The notes beneath the pieces are model-generated. The model was given only the letters and a program-made list of their open reading frames with translations. It was not told the DNA's origin and made no database searches. Shown here one piece after another: positions 1-13,479 of a DNA stretch of 64,000 bases (its first letter is position 1; each line of letters starts with the position of its first letter). The stretch comes from Eledone cirrhosa. Taxonomy: Eukaryota. The position numbers and the translations under genes are program-made. Where the stretch lies: assembly GCA_964016885.1 (NCBI GenBank), contig OZ024743.1, forward strand, positions 215,078,001 through 215,142,000, read 5' to 3'.

Positions 1-1760
1 TGCAGTGTACTGAGGCAGTTTCTTTTGCAAATTTAAGAAGGCCTTAGGGTTTGTTTTAATGTTTTCTATGGCCCTGTTCTCTTTCCTTGCCCTCTCATTC
101 TCATGTGAAAGCTTGAGTGCAATCTCGGTGTCAAGTAGTGCACGTTTCAAATAGGATTCCTTCTTGTTTTGGTTTTGTTGACTATTCAACTGGTTTGAGA
201 GTTTAGTTCTACGTCTCATAAGGATTTTCCTATCTCTGGGAATAAGATTTTTGTGTCTGTTTGCCTCTTTCTCCGGGACACACTTTTTGCATATGGTGTG
301 TATCGTTGTCATGAAGTGTTGAAATTGTGTGTTAGTGTCCTGTGTGGCGATGTTTGCACTCCATGTTTGCTTCCGGATTTCACTCTTAATCTTCTTCCAG
401 TCAGCCCCGTAGAAGTTAAGGCTGGATGGCGTCCCGGAGCTTCTTGGTGGTTTTGTCTCTGTTGGTTCTCTTGGACCACATATCATTAGCTCTACCAAGT
501 TATGATCCGAGAGAATTGTTGGTGTCACCTTTACATTGTGGATGAGCACTTCGTTGTTTGTAAAACAGAGGTCCAGGACATTTTCGCCTCTTGTTGGGAG
601 GAGTATTGCTTGCTCCATGAACAGCCTGTGTGTGAGGGCCAGCAGGGATTCCGTCTGTCTCTGTTCTATTGACGTCATTCCAGGGAGGAGGTGGCCCTCA
701 GGCCATTTGACCTTTGGTAGGTTGAAGTCTCCCAGCAGTAGGATGTTGAGACCCTGGTCCAGTTTGTCAAGGACCTCTTCTATCCTACTTAGGCTATCCT
801 CAAATTTACCCTCATGACTGGGGGCATCGGGCGGCCGATATGTGACACATATTACCGTCTGTAGTTGCTTCATATGTATTATCAGTGTGTCACAGACTGA
901 GTTTGAATGTGTCAACAGTACAATTGGTGTGACATCTTCACGGATATACAGAGCAACCCCACCATGAGATCTCTCCTTCCTGTCCGAACGAAATACAGTA
1001 TATTTCGGTATATGTATTTCTGCATCTGCTATACTGCTTGTCAGGTGCGTTTCGGTTAGTGCCATGCATAGTGCTTGATTGCTTATGGCTAAGTCTCCCA
1101 GGTAGGAAATTTTACTCATGTTGCTGAATTTCACCAGGCCCCTGACATTCAGCAGCAGCACTGGTGGTGACTTTTGGGGTGCCAGTAATGGCTGTCGGTA
1201 TGACACCTGGTCTGGTGTCAGCGGCGGCCACTCTGGGTCCCTTAACTGCGGTGGTCTCGAGTGCTGGTGTGGATGACCCTGGCTCTGGAGACGATGCAGC
1301 CAGGTCAGCTGTCCCACAATCTTCTCTGCCATCACTAAAAAATTTTTCTGATCTGCTGCTGCCATCTGTATCTCGTCGGCATGTGCGTGCCTTCTCCTTG
1401 TTGGTGCAGCACGCGCGACATCAGCATACTTCTGGAGCGGCTTATTTCGGCTTTGGCTGGGGCATGTTGCGCGAGTATGATGGGCATAGTTCGTTTGAGA
1501 CCTAGGGTGGGCGAATCTGCATCCCATCCCTGTCTCTCCATGCCAGCATGTCCCGTTCTTGAAAAACTTGCACATTACTTGGTGTTTTTTGCTCCCAGTG
1601 TCTCGGTGCTTTCTGTTCTTTCTTTGAACAGTTGTCCACTGGTCCCTTCTGCGCTTGGTTCTCCTTCGGAAGGTGATTTCGCTTTTCACCTTTGCCCTTA
1701 GCTTGTTGGTTGCCCGGCCTGCCCTCCCTGCCTGTAGCGGAGGGTATATCATTTTCTTCC
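1..1760 (-). mobile_element. Degenerate CR1/L2-type LINE, 5' part (ORF1 remnant with CCCH zinc finger, AP endonuclease of ORF2); continues beyond window start
   Basis: Minus-strand translation gives APE motifs VLLLNVRGL (~1160), ALTETHL (~1055), ILLLGDFNLP (~735), PTRGENVLDLCFTN (~580) and SDHNLV (~505), then IKTNPKAF (~50). CKFFKNGTCWHGETGMGCRFAHP at ~1505-1572. Broken by stops and frameshifts. Confidence 0.85.
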
Positions 1761-1761
1761 A

Positions 1762-1830
1762 TATCCCTGAAATATATATAGTAAAATAAATATGGTTTTA
1801 TAAATATAATTTCCATTTATTTAATATCGT
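1762..1830 (+). repeat. Fragment of module-B family pLTR (3' half of hammerhead only)
   Basis: atatccctgaaatatatatagtaaaataaatatggttttataaatataatttccatttatttaatatcgt matches 15379-15449. Confidence 0.8.
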
Positions 1831-1856
1831 ATATATATATATATATATATATATTC

Positions 1857-1925
<69 letters not shown>

Positions 1926-1989
1926 TATATATATATATATTCATATATATATATATATATATATATTCATATATATATATATTCATATA

Positions 1990-2590
1990 TCATCATCATC
2001 ATCATCATCACCGTTTTACGTCCGTTGTTCCACGCTAGCATGGGTTAGACGGGTTGTCCTGTTGTGGGCAGTGTCTGGTCGGCTGACCATGCCTTGCTCA
2101 TACAGGAACTGATCTGGCTTGATTTCTACAGCTGGATGCCCTTCCTAACACCAACCTCATTTACAGTGAGTGCTGGGTGCTTTTTCGTGGCGCCTACACG
2201 CCCACTTTACAGTGTGGGCTGGGTGCTTTTTTGCCGTGGCACCTCCACGACCACCTTGCGGTGGGAGGGGGGGACATATTGTTTATATGCTTCAGCATGT
2301 ACCCATGGGAGGTCGGGTACACTGTATTACTGCGTGACGCCAGAAGTCACGGTCGTGTGTCATTGACTTTGAGAGGTGTAGTTGGGTAAGGTCGGCTTTT
2401 ATCACCTCATCCCAGGTCATCTTGGGTCTCCCCACTCCGCGGTTTCCATCAACTTCTAGTGCTCTGCACCTTTTTATGCAGCTGTCATCCTTCATACGCA
2501 TCACGTGTCCATACCAGCGTAACCGCCACTCCTGCACGCAGCATTTGATTCCTCTTATGCTCAGTCTCTCTCTCAATTCCTTTATGCTTT
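1990..2590 (-). mobile_element. RTE-clade LINE 3' fragment with (GAT)n tail
   Basis: ORF 2292-2576: [11 protein letters not shown]...GRPKMTW...DRDFWR, a typical RTE C-terminus. 3' UTR ends in (cat)n on + at 1990-2010. Confidence 0.9.
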
Positions 2591-2672
2591 GTCGTTCACG
2601 TATATTACTGTTACATGTCGTTCACGTATATTAGTTACATGTCGTTCACGTATATATGTATATATATTCACG

Positions 2673-2762
<90 letters not shown>

Positions 2763-2800
2763 TATATATATATATATATATATTCATATATATATATATG

Positions 2801-2919
<119 letters not shown>

Positions 2920-2937
2920 TATATATATATATATATA

Positions 2938-2971
<34 letters not shown>

Positions 2972-2993
2972 TATATATATATATATATATATA

Positions 2994-3047
<54 letters not shown>

Positions 3048-3151
3048 TATATACATATATATATATATATATTCATATTCATATATATATATATATATAT
3101 ATATTCATATATATATATATATATATTCATATATATATATATATATATATA

Positions 3152-3185
<34 letters not shown>

Positions 3186-3247
3186 TATATATATATATAT
3201 ATTCATATATATATATATATATATTCATATATATATATATATTCATA

Positions 3248-3757
3248 TAAAATATTAAACAAATAATGAATATAACAATGAAACAGTTCCTTATATTAAA
3301 CAAAAAAAGTTCATTATTTAACGATCGTTTCTAGGATATATATGTGTTAGAATTGGCATGCATATTCAACAGATCTATGTACAAAATTATACAAAATTAT
3401 ACAAACTATCAAGATTAAATATACATACCAACACATATATACGCCGTCTTCAGAAATGATAGTTTGTATAATTTTGTATAATTTTGTACATAGATCTGTT
3501 GAATATGCATGCCAATTCTAACACATATATATCCTAGAAACGATCGTTAAATAATGAACTTCTTTTGTTTAATATAAGGAACTGTTTCATTGTTTTATTC
3601 ATTATTTGTTTAATATTTTATCTTGACTCTGTATACCGTTTATCTTTCACCGAAAGTGATTTTTCATTACATCTCTTCTTTCCATGATATCCGGAATACA
3701 TTGAGTTCTTCATACGGATTGGACACTACCGTAAACTCTTGGTAGATTTATCTACAT
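3248..3757. mobile_element. Solo PLE pLTR remnant with ~160-bp-arm palindrome; same family as 48845-49170
   Basis: Arms 3248-3410 and 3458-3620 are reverse complements around a ~47-nt loop. 3620-3757 is homologous to the reverse complement of 48845-48980. Confidence 0.85.
3311..3460 (-). ncRNA. Type I hammerhead ribozyme, long stem II
   Basis: Minus strand: attt-CTGAAGA-(~115 nt hairpin)-GAAA-CGATCG-TT-aaat; palindromic stem III ACGATCGT; stem I short in this copy. Confidence 0.6.
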
Positions 3758-3787
3758 ATATATATTCATATATATATATATATATTC

Positions 3788-3944
<157 letters not shown>

Positions 3945-4021
3945 TATATATATATATATATATGAATATATATATATATATATGTTCATATATATATATA
4001 TTCATATATATATAGTATATA

Positions 4022-4056
<35 letters not shown>

Positions 4057-4097
4057 ATATATATATATATATATATATATATTCATATATATATATA

Positions 4098-4141
<44 letters not shown>

Positions 4142-4251
4142 TATATATATATATATATATATATTCATATATATATATATTCATATATATATATATATAT
4201 ATATATATTCATATATATATTCATATATATATATATATATATATGTATATA

Positions 4252-4303
<52 letters not shown>

Positions 4304-4425
4304 TATATATATATATATATATATAAATTCATATATATATATATATATATATATTCATATATATATATATATATATTCATATATATATATATATATATAT
4401 ATTCATATATATATATATATATATA

Positions 4426-4472
<47 letters not shown>

Positions 4473-4517
4473 TATATATATATTCATATATATATATATA
4501 TTCATATATATATATTC

Positions 4518-4551
<34 letters not shown>

Positions 4552-4646
4552 GCATATATATATATATATATATATATTCATATATATATATTCATATATA
4601 TATACATATATATATATATATATTCATATATATATATATATATATA

Positions 4647-4720
<74 letters not shown>

Positions 4721-4810
4721 TATATATATATATATATATATTCATATATATATATTCATATATATATATATATGTATATTCATATATATATATTCATATA
4801 TATATATATA

Positions 4811-4849
<39 letters not shown>

Positions 4850-4909
4850 TATATATTCATATATATATATATATTCATATATATATATATATTCATATAT
4901 ATATATATA

Positions 4910-4963
<54 letters not shown>

Positions 4964-5005
4964 TATATATATATATATATATATATTCATATATATATAT
5001 ATATA

Positions 5006-5081
<76 letters not shown>

Positions 5082-5130
5082 TATATATATATTCATATAT
5101 ATATATATATTCATATATATATATATACAT

Positions 5131-5312
<182 letters not shown>

Positions 5313-5365
5313 TCATAGATATATATATATATTCATATATATGAATATATATATATATATATTCA

Positions 5366-5399
<34 letters not shown>

Positions 5400-5570
5400 T
5401 CATATATATATATATATATATATATATTCATATATATATATATATATATATATTCATATATATATTCATTATATATATATATATATATATATTCATATAT
5501 ATATATATATTCATATATATATATATATATATATAGATAGATATATATATATATATATATATATAAATTC

Positions 5571-5667
<97 letters not shown>

Positions 5668-5689
5668 TATATATATATATATATATATA

Positions 5690-5763
<74 letters not shown>

Positions 5764-5781
5764 TATATATATATATATATA

Positions 5782-5859
<78 letters not shown>

Positions 5860-6113
5860 TATATATATATATATATATATATATGAATATATATATATAT
5901 ATATATATGAATATATATATATATATGAATATATATATATATATATATGAATATATATATATATGAATATATATATATATATATATATGAATATATATAT
6001 ATATATATGAATATATATATATATATATAAATATATGAATATATATATATATGAATATATATATATATATATATATGAATATATATATATATATATGACT
6101 ATATATATATATA

Positions 6114-6153
<40 letters not shown>

Positions 6154-6183
6154 TATATATATATATAAATATATATATATATA

Positions 6184-6245
<62 letters not shown>

Positions 6246-6261
6246 TATATATATATATATA

Positions 6262-6315
<54 letters not shown>

Positions 6316-6367
6316 TATATATATATATATATATTCATATATATATATATATATATTCATATATATA

Positions 6368-6458
<91 letters not shown>

Positions 6459-6695
6459 TATATCTATATACTATATATATATTCATATATATATATATAT
6501 ATATTCATATATATATATATATATATATTCATATATATCTATATATATATTCATATATATATATATATATATATATTCATATATATATATATATATTCAT
6601 ATATATATATATATATATATATTCATATATATATATATATATATATATATTCATATATATATATATATGAATATATATTCATATATATATATATA

Positions 6696-6740
<45 letters not shown>

Positions 6741-6766
6741 TATATTCATATATATATATATATATA

Positions 6767-6800
<34 letters not shown>

Positions 6801-6904
6801 TATATATATATATATATATATTCATATATATATATATATATATTCATATATATATATATTCATATATATATATATATATATATATTCATATATATATATA
6901 TATA

Positions 6905-7048
<144 letters not shown>

Positions 7049-7065
7049 TATATATATATAATATA

Positions 7066-7133
<68 letters not shown>

Positions 7134-7238
7134 TATATATATATATATATTCATATATATATATATATATATATATATTCATATATATATATATATTCAT
7201 ATATATATATATATATATTCATATATATATATATATTC

Positions 7239-7469
<231 letters not shown>

Positions 7470-7483
7470 TATATATATATATA

Positions 7484-7517
<34 letters not shown>

Positions 7518-7606
7518 TATATATATATATATATTCATATATATATATATATTATATATATTCATATATATATATATATATATATTCATATATATATATA
7601 TATATA

Positions 7607-7712
<106 letters not shown>

Positions 7713-7834
7713 TATATATATATATATATTCATATATATATATATATATATATATTCATATATATATATATATATATATATATTCATATATATATATATA
7801 TATATATATTCATATATATATATATATATATATA

Positions 7835-7868
<34 letters not shown>

Positions 7869-7884
7869 TATATATATATATATA

Positions 7885-7963
<79 letters not shown>

Positions 7964-7966
7964 TCA

Positions 7967-7997
<31 letters not shown>

Positions 7998-8016
7998 GTA
8001 TATATATATATATTCA

Positions 8017-8072
<56 letters not shown>

Positions 8073-8183
8073 ATATATATATATTCATATATATATATAT
8101 ATATATATATATTCATATATAATATATATATATATACATTCATATTATATATATATATATATTCATATATATATATATATATA

Positions 8184-8226
<43 letters not shown>

Positions 8227-8321
8227 TATATATATTTATATATATCTATATATATCTATATTTATATATATCTATATTATATATATATTCATATATATAT
8301 ATATATTCATATATATATATA

Positions 8322-8521
<200 letters not shown>

Positions 8522-8566
8522 TATATATATATATATTCATATATATATATATATATATTCATATAT

Positions 8567-8997
8567 GAAATATAAGAATCAAAGAACTGCTCAAAACATT
8601 ATTGTGCTTACAGCTGTTTCCTCCACACCGAGGTTTGGATTCTTCGGAGCAATTTATTAATGCAATGGACAGTTATATGACCTCCTTTTCAGCCCGAGAG
8701 TCATACCAAATACATATTCAAACATTGATACATATTCAAACATTGTGGGTCAACATTCATTACAGAATTTTGAGTGGCAGTACACACTTCGAGATTACAT
8801 TTATATTAATAGGTACAATCAAAAATCAAAGATATAGGTTAAAGTACAACATGAAGAGAAGTGGTTATATAGTGCAAATGTTATATGTGTGGCACGCATG
8901 TGCATCTTGTTTATATACTGGTAATAAGGTAGTAATACATTACGGCCTACCACTATTTAGGGTGTGTGTAAAATACTTACAACTGCTTAAGGTTTTG
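8567..8997. repeat. Module A copy 1 (hammerhead-bearing, truncated by gap)
   Basis: Near-identical to 16564-17030 and 19837-20303. Confidence 0.92.
8605..8651 (-). ncRNA. Type I hammerhead, C4 core variant (module A copy 1)
   Basis: tgct-CCGAAGA-a-tcca..tgga-g-GAAA-CAGCTG-TA-agca; palindromic stem III ACAGCTGT, GUA site. Confidence 0.7.
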
Positions 8998-9197
8998 NNN
9001 NNNNNNNNNNNNNNNNNNNNNNNNNNNNNNNNNNNNNNNNNNNNNNNNNNNNNNNNNNNNNNNNNNNNNNNNNNNNNNNNNNNNNNNNNNNNNNNNNNNN
9101 NNNNNNNNNNNNNNNNNNNNNNNNNNNNNNNNNNNNNNNNNNNNNNNNNNNNNNNNNNNNNNNNNNNNNNNNNNNNNNNNNNNNNNNNNNNNNNNNN
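8998..9197. other. Assembly gap (200 N)
   Basis: Run of N. Confidence 1.
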
Positions 9198-9199
9198 TG

Positions 9200-9244
<45 letters not shown>

Positions 9245-9275
9245 GTGTATCTGGATGTATGTGTATGTATATATA

Positions 9276-9332
<57 letters not shown>

Positions 9333-9401
9333 ATGTGTATATATATGTGTGTGTGTGTGTATGTGTGTATGTATATGTATGTGTGTGTGTATGTATGTGT
9401 G

Positions 9402-9478
<77 letters not shown>

Positions 9479-9945
9479 GTATGTGTATGTATGTGTGGAT
9501 GAAGGTATGTGTGTGTATATTGCTTCCACCCCCTCACTGACCAGCAGCTGGCTATTGCTAAATCTGACCTTTATAAAATAACCCACACCCCAAATAACTT
9601 CTCATTCACTACCAGAAAGGGACACAGCAGTCAACCTGTTGTTGCTACCTAGATGAAAACTGCTATGAAATCCCACAATGAATTTTATACTTGAATTTTC
9701 AAGTCTCAAATTTTAACTCTTCGTATTATTAATTTTTCTTAATATTAATCAACATTTGAAAAGATGGCTTTTGCAGACCCATCGAAACCGGTCATTTTTT
9801 ATACCCTTTATTATTTCCTTACCTTATAAAATTATGTTTTTTCACAAAAAAGTATTCTGTCTCTTATATATTCCATGTGCCATTACCAACCTCAATTTTC
9901 TCTATAACCTTCGTTTTGTGTAGAAAATTACACTTTTCATATATA
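9198..9945 (+). repeat. 5' pLTR of Neptune element (left edge at gap)
   Basis: Matches 14086-14808, including the TG/TA microsatellite part and the unique 9495-9945 segment. Confidence 0.93.
9750..9800 (+). ncRNA. Type I hammerhead, U3/A8 compensatory core variant
   Basis: TTGAAAA-GATGG..CCATC-GAAA-CCGG-TC; palindromic stem III ACCGGT, GUC site; stem I weak. Confidence 0.65.
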
Positions 9946-9967
9946 CTAACCTACGCAAATCCGGAAA

Positions 9968-11233
9968 ATGGCACTGGAACAAGACAACACCACTTCAAAC
10001 TCCAATATCAATGAGGAAATCCTGAAAATCCTAAAAGAGATAAATGGAAAACTCACCATTCTGACAAAAAAACAGGATATACCCCAAACCACCACACCGA
10101 CTGACAACCAAATTTATTTAAACGTTCAAAACGTATGCAACTCCATCGAAAAACTTATGAATACCAACACAGAACAAACGACATTGCTCCATATCAAAAA
10201 CCAAATGGGACACCTCTGGAAAAAACATCTAAAAACCAGAAAATTCACTTTCTGGAATATGATAAAAAACCTCAACAAAGCTGGAATTTACCAAAAATGG
10301 ATTAACTCAACACCGATAGTTTTACCACGTAAATTCCAAATAAAGCATATTACAAACGAACCTGAACCAGAAAGAAAACTCCGTGAACAAATGTCACTCA
10401 ACAGGATAAACATGGAAATAGAACTCCTAAAATTAAGGGCCACCTCAAACGAGCAAGAGTATAAGGATACTGATAAAAATATGGAGGAAGAATGCACTAA
10501 AAAGGCCGAGGGAACAACCCTACAAAATTTAATCAAATCGTGGAAACAGGACTGCGAGAATGCAGAAACTATTTCCCTTAAACGGTGGGAAAAATCCGAA
10601 AACTGGTTCCTCAAATATGAAGAAGACTTTAAAAGGACGCACCAAACAGGTAACCCCTTTATAAAGCATTTGAACATAACAAGAACTACAACAGACACAT
10701 TTACACCACCAAACCCAACACACACTAACCACAGGCACATCCCCCACCAACACAAACCAAATACGGCCAACTACACCAAAAGAAACACACCCAACCACCA
10801 CAACACAGGTTTCCGTAGAAATGCCCCCTACATAAACCAACGACGAAATAACATAGATCCAACTCACAACACACACACCACATTCCTCAGAAGAAATCCA
10901 CCCAGGCCACTTGAAATCACAACAGAACTTACCCACAACCACACCAGACATCACCCTCAATCCAACAAAAGACAACCCCCCAGCCTCAACACTCTGTACC
11001 ACAGAAATAACGCACCCAGACCACATGAACCAACAACAGAACCCTTGCTCATCAACAACCACAACACATACCACCCCCACCATCACATTCACCCTCATGA
11101 AACAACAAGCTACAGACCCACACGCAACAGACCAACAAAATATAATCACACACAAAACTACATTCCTTTTTTAGGGAAAAGCCTGAAATACCAGGATACT
11201 CGATGGCCCCCCCTCAGGAGAAACCAAAAATAA
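9968..11233 (+). CDS. PLE ORF1, 421 aa: helical/coiled-coil-like N-terminal ~230 aa plus H/N/T/P/R-rich low-complexity tail
   Basis: Uninterrupted ATG ORF starting ~22 nt after the pLTR, with the same A/C-rich strand bias as ORF2; heptad-like segments (EEILKILKEINGKL, LNRINMEIELLKLRA). Confidence 0.8.
   Translation: MALEQDNTTSNSNINEEILKILKEINGKLTILTKKQDIPQTTTPTDNQIYLNVQNVCNSIEKLMNTNTEQTTLLHIKNQMGHLWKKHLKTRKFTFWNMIKNLNKAGIYQKWINSTPIVLPRKFQIKHITNEPEPERKLREQMSLNRINMEIELLKLRATSNEQEYKDTDKNMEEECTKKAEGTTLQNLIKSWKQDCENAETISLKRWEKSENWFLKYEEDFKRTHQTGNPFIKHLNITRTTTDTFTPPNPTHTNHRHIPHQHKPNTANYTKRNTPNHHNTGFRRNAPYINQRRNNIDPTHNTHTTFLRRNPPRPLEITTELTHNHTRHHPQSNKRQPPSLNTLYHRNNAPRPHEPTTEPLLINNHNTYHPHHHIHPHETTSYRPTRNRPTKYNHTQNYIPFLGKSLKYQDTRWPPLRRNQK
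11167..11220 (+). promoter_or_regulatory. Candidate -1 programmed ribosomal frameshift signal (T TTT TTA GGG)
   Basis: Heptamer 11167-11173 is correctly phased in ORF1 (cct ttt tta). The -1 frame is open from 11146 into ORF2. Downstream cctg/cagg and cctga/tcagg pairings are possible. Confidence 0.7.
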
Positions 11234-13479
11234 TCAACCTCTCAAAGACACCTCTAACCAACACACAAATCAACATTTTAAGTAAGGGCCTGAAATTTAC
11301 ACCTACACCACGTAAACCAAACTTCCCCGAAATGAAGGATGACATCATGGAATACTGCCGAAAGCTGCGACTAACGGAATTCTTCCACAACGACACCAAC
11401 ACTGAAGACGAATCACTGGTTAGAAATAAAAGCAATTTCTGCCCACAAAAGGGAAGAAATAAAGCACTGGACACGTACTGCGAACACATCACCAACTTTC
11501 CCTATGAAACAATTACAAATAAACACACGAAATCAAACCTATCTACACACGAATGGGAAGAATTATTCACACTTAGAAACAACCCTGAGATAACTATCAA
11601 AGAAGCCGATAAAGGCAGTACTGTTGTGATTATGAATACGGACTACTATAGGACCCTCGCACTTAACATTTTAGAAAACAACACATACTATGAAAAAACA
11701 GAAAACTACAAACACACCAAAACAATGGGGAACCTTTTGACCTTACTGAATAAATACCGCAACAGCTTAACCACAAAAGAGTTTAACTATATAAGCCACT
11801 TCAAATGCAATACAAGCTCTTTTTACGGCTTACCGAAACTTCACAAATGTAAACCCATAAACGATGCATGTGACACCTCAACCAACAATTACATTGAACT
11901 AACACCACCAGAAGACCTAAAACTCAGGCCAATTATAGCAGGCCCTACATGTGAAACCCACAGACTTAGCAACTTTCTGGACATCCTACTGAAACCCTTT
12001 CTACAACATATACAGAGCTACATACGAGATGACCTTGACATGCTGAAACACCTCCCTAAAACAGTAAGTGCAAATACAATTCTTGTCTCCTTTGACGTAA
12101 TAAACCTCTACACAAACATACCTCACAACTATGGAATAACAGCAGTCCAATACTGGCTTAACACACACCCATCAGAAATACCGACACGCATCAACACAGA
12201 TTTTATCACTGACGGACTCCGCTTTATCCTACAAAATAACTACTTCACATTCAATGGTTCAACATACAGACAAGTATCAGGTACGGCAATGGGCACGAAA
12301 GTAGCACCCACATATGCCAACCTAGTCATGGGATTCCATGAACAACAAATATACAGTCAGTCCCTTCTCTTATTTGGAGACTCTTTCCACACACACCTCA
12401 AAGCCAATTGGAAAAGATATCTAGACGACTGCTTTATCCTATGGCAAGAAGACATGAACTCACTTACTACGTTTAAAAACATGATAAACAACATAGATAA
12501 TAACATACAATTCACAATGGAATCCAATCCTAAGGAATTAGCCTTCTTGGATATTCTCATCTCTGTAATAGACGGGAAATTAGATACAGATATATTCTAT
12601 AAACCCACAGATTCCAAGCAATACCTCTTTTTCACATCAAGTCACCCAAAACATACAAAACTTAACATTCCTTACAATTTGGCCAAACGTATATGTACCA
12701 TAGTATCAGATCCACCTAAACGGGAGCAAAGACTAAAGGAACTAAAAGACACCCTTATCTTAAGAGCCTTTCCACTTGAAATAATCAACAATGGAATAGA
12801 CAGGGCAAAACACCTAAATCCCCATCAACTTAACAATCCAAAACAGAAAACCACACTCAACACCCTGCCATATGTATCCACTTTCAACCCCAGAAATACC
12901 GAAATGTTTGATCACCTACACAAAAACCTCCCCATCCTACTTAAAGATGTAAAAATGAAGTCTATTCTTGAAACACACAAGATCCTTAAAAGTAAAAGAC
13001 AACCCAAATCACTTAAACGCATTCTCACTGGACCAAATATACCCAAACCAATCCTCAACCCTACAGTTACCAAATGTGGTAGAACAAACTGTGGAACGTG
13101 CCTCTACCTCACTGAAGGACAAACATTTACATTCAAAGATGGCCAAACATTTACAGTAAAAAACAATTTCACCTGCAACTCGGAGAACTTGATTTACGCA
13201 ATAACTTGCGGTGGGTGCAAACACAACTACATAGGACAGACGGGCACCTCATTACGCAAAAGAATGACCATCCACCGCCAACAAATCCGGGACGCTAACA
13301 CAAGAAAAATCCCCTTGAGCAGCCATATTGCGAACTGCGCAGGAATGACACTACCCAACTTTAAAATCTTTCCCTTCTACAAGTGCTCAGATTCGTTCAC
13401 ACAACAACAAAGAATAAACAAAGAAAATCTATTCCTTAACAAATTTAAACCAAAACTAAACGGGTTATCACCCCAATAG
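11203..13479 (+). CDS. PLE reverse transcriptase + GIY-YIG endonuclease (758 aa from first Met)
   Basis: ADKG, FYGLPKLHK, LRPII, SFDVINLYTNI, GTAMGTKVAPTYANL, RYLDD, FLDI, Cys linker CGRTNCGTC, LIYAITC..YIGQT..R..H. Confidence 0.97.
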   Translation: MAPPQEKPKIINLSKTPLTNTQINILSKGLKFTPTPRKPNFPEMKDDIMEYCRKLRLTEFFHNDTNTEDESLVRNKSNFCPQKGRNKALDTYCEHITNFPYETITNKHTKSNLSTHEWEELFTLRNNPEITIKEADKGSTVVIMNTDYYRTLALNILENNTYYEKTENYKHTKTMGNLLTLLNKYRNSLTTKEFNYISHFKCNTSSFYGLPKLHKCKPINDACDTSTNNYIELTPPEDLKLRPIIAGPTCETHRLSNFLDILLKPFLQHIQSYIRDDLDMLKHLPKTVSANTILVSFDVINLYTNIPHNYGITAVQYWLNTHPSEIPTRINTDFITDGLRFILQNNYFTFNGSTYRQVSGTAMGTKVAPTYANLVMGFHEQQIYSQSLLLFGDSFHTHLKANWKRYLDDCFILWQEDMNSLTTFKNMINNIDNNIQFTMESNPKELAFLDILISVIDGKLDTDIFYKPTDSKQYLFFTSSHPKHTKLNIPYNLAKRICTIVSDPPKREQRLKELKDTLILRAFPLEIINNGIDRAKHLNPHQLNNPKQKTTLNTLPYVSTFNPRNTEMFDHLHKNLPILLKDVKMKSILETHKILKSKRQPKSLKRILTGPNIPKPILNPTVTKCGRTNCGTCLYLTEGQTFTFKDGQTFTVKNNFTCNSENLIYAITCGGCKHNYIGQTGTSLRKRMTIHRQQIRDANTRKIPLSSHIANCAGMTLPNFKIFPFYKCSDSFTQQQRINKENLFLNKFKPKLNGLSPQ

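Noticed and set aside
10288-11155. Antisense ORFs in PLEs and Helitron (also 46494-47111, 33836-34429)
   Set aside because: Shadow frames of compositionally biased coding strands, with no independent motifs.
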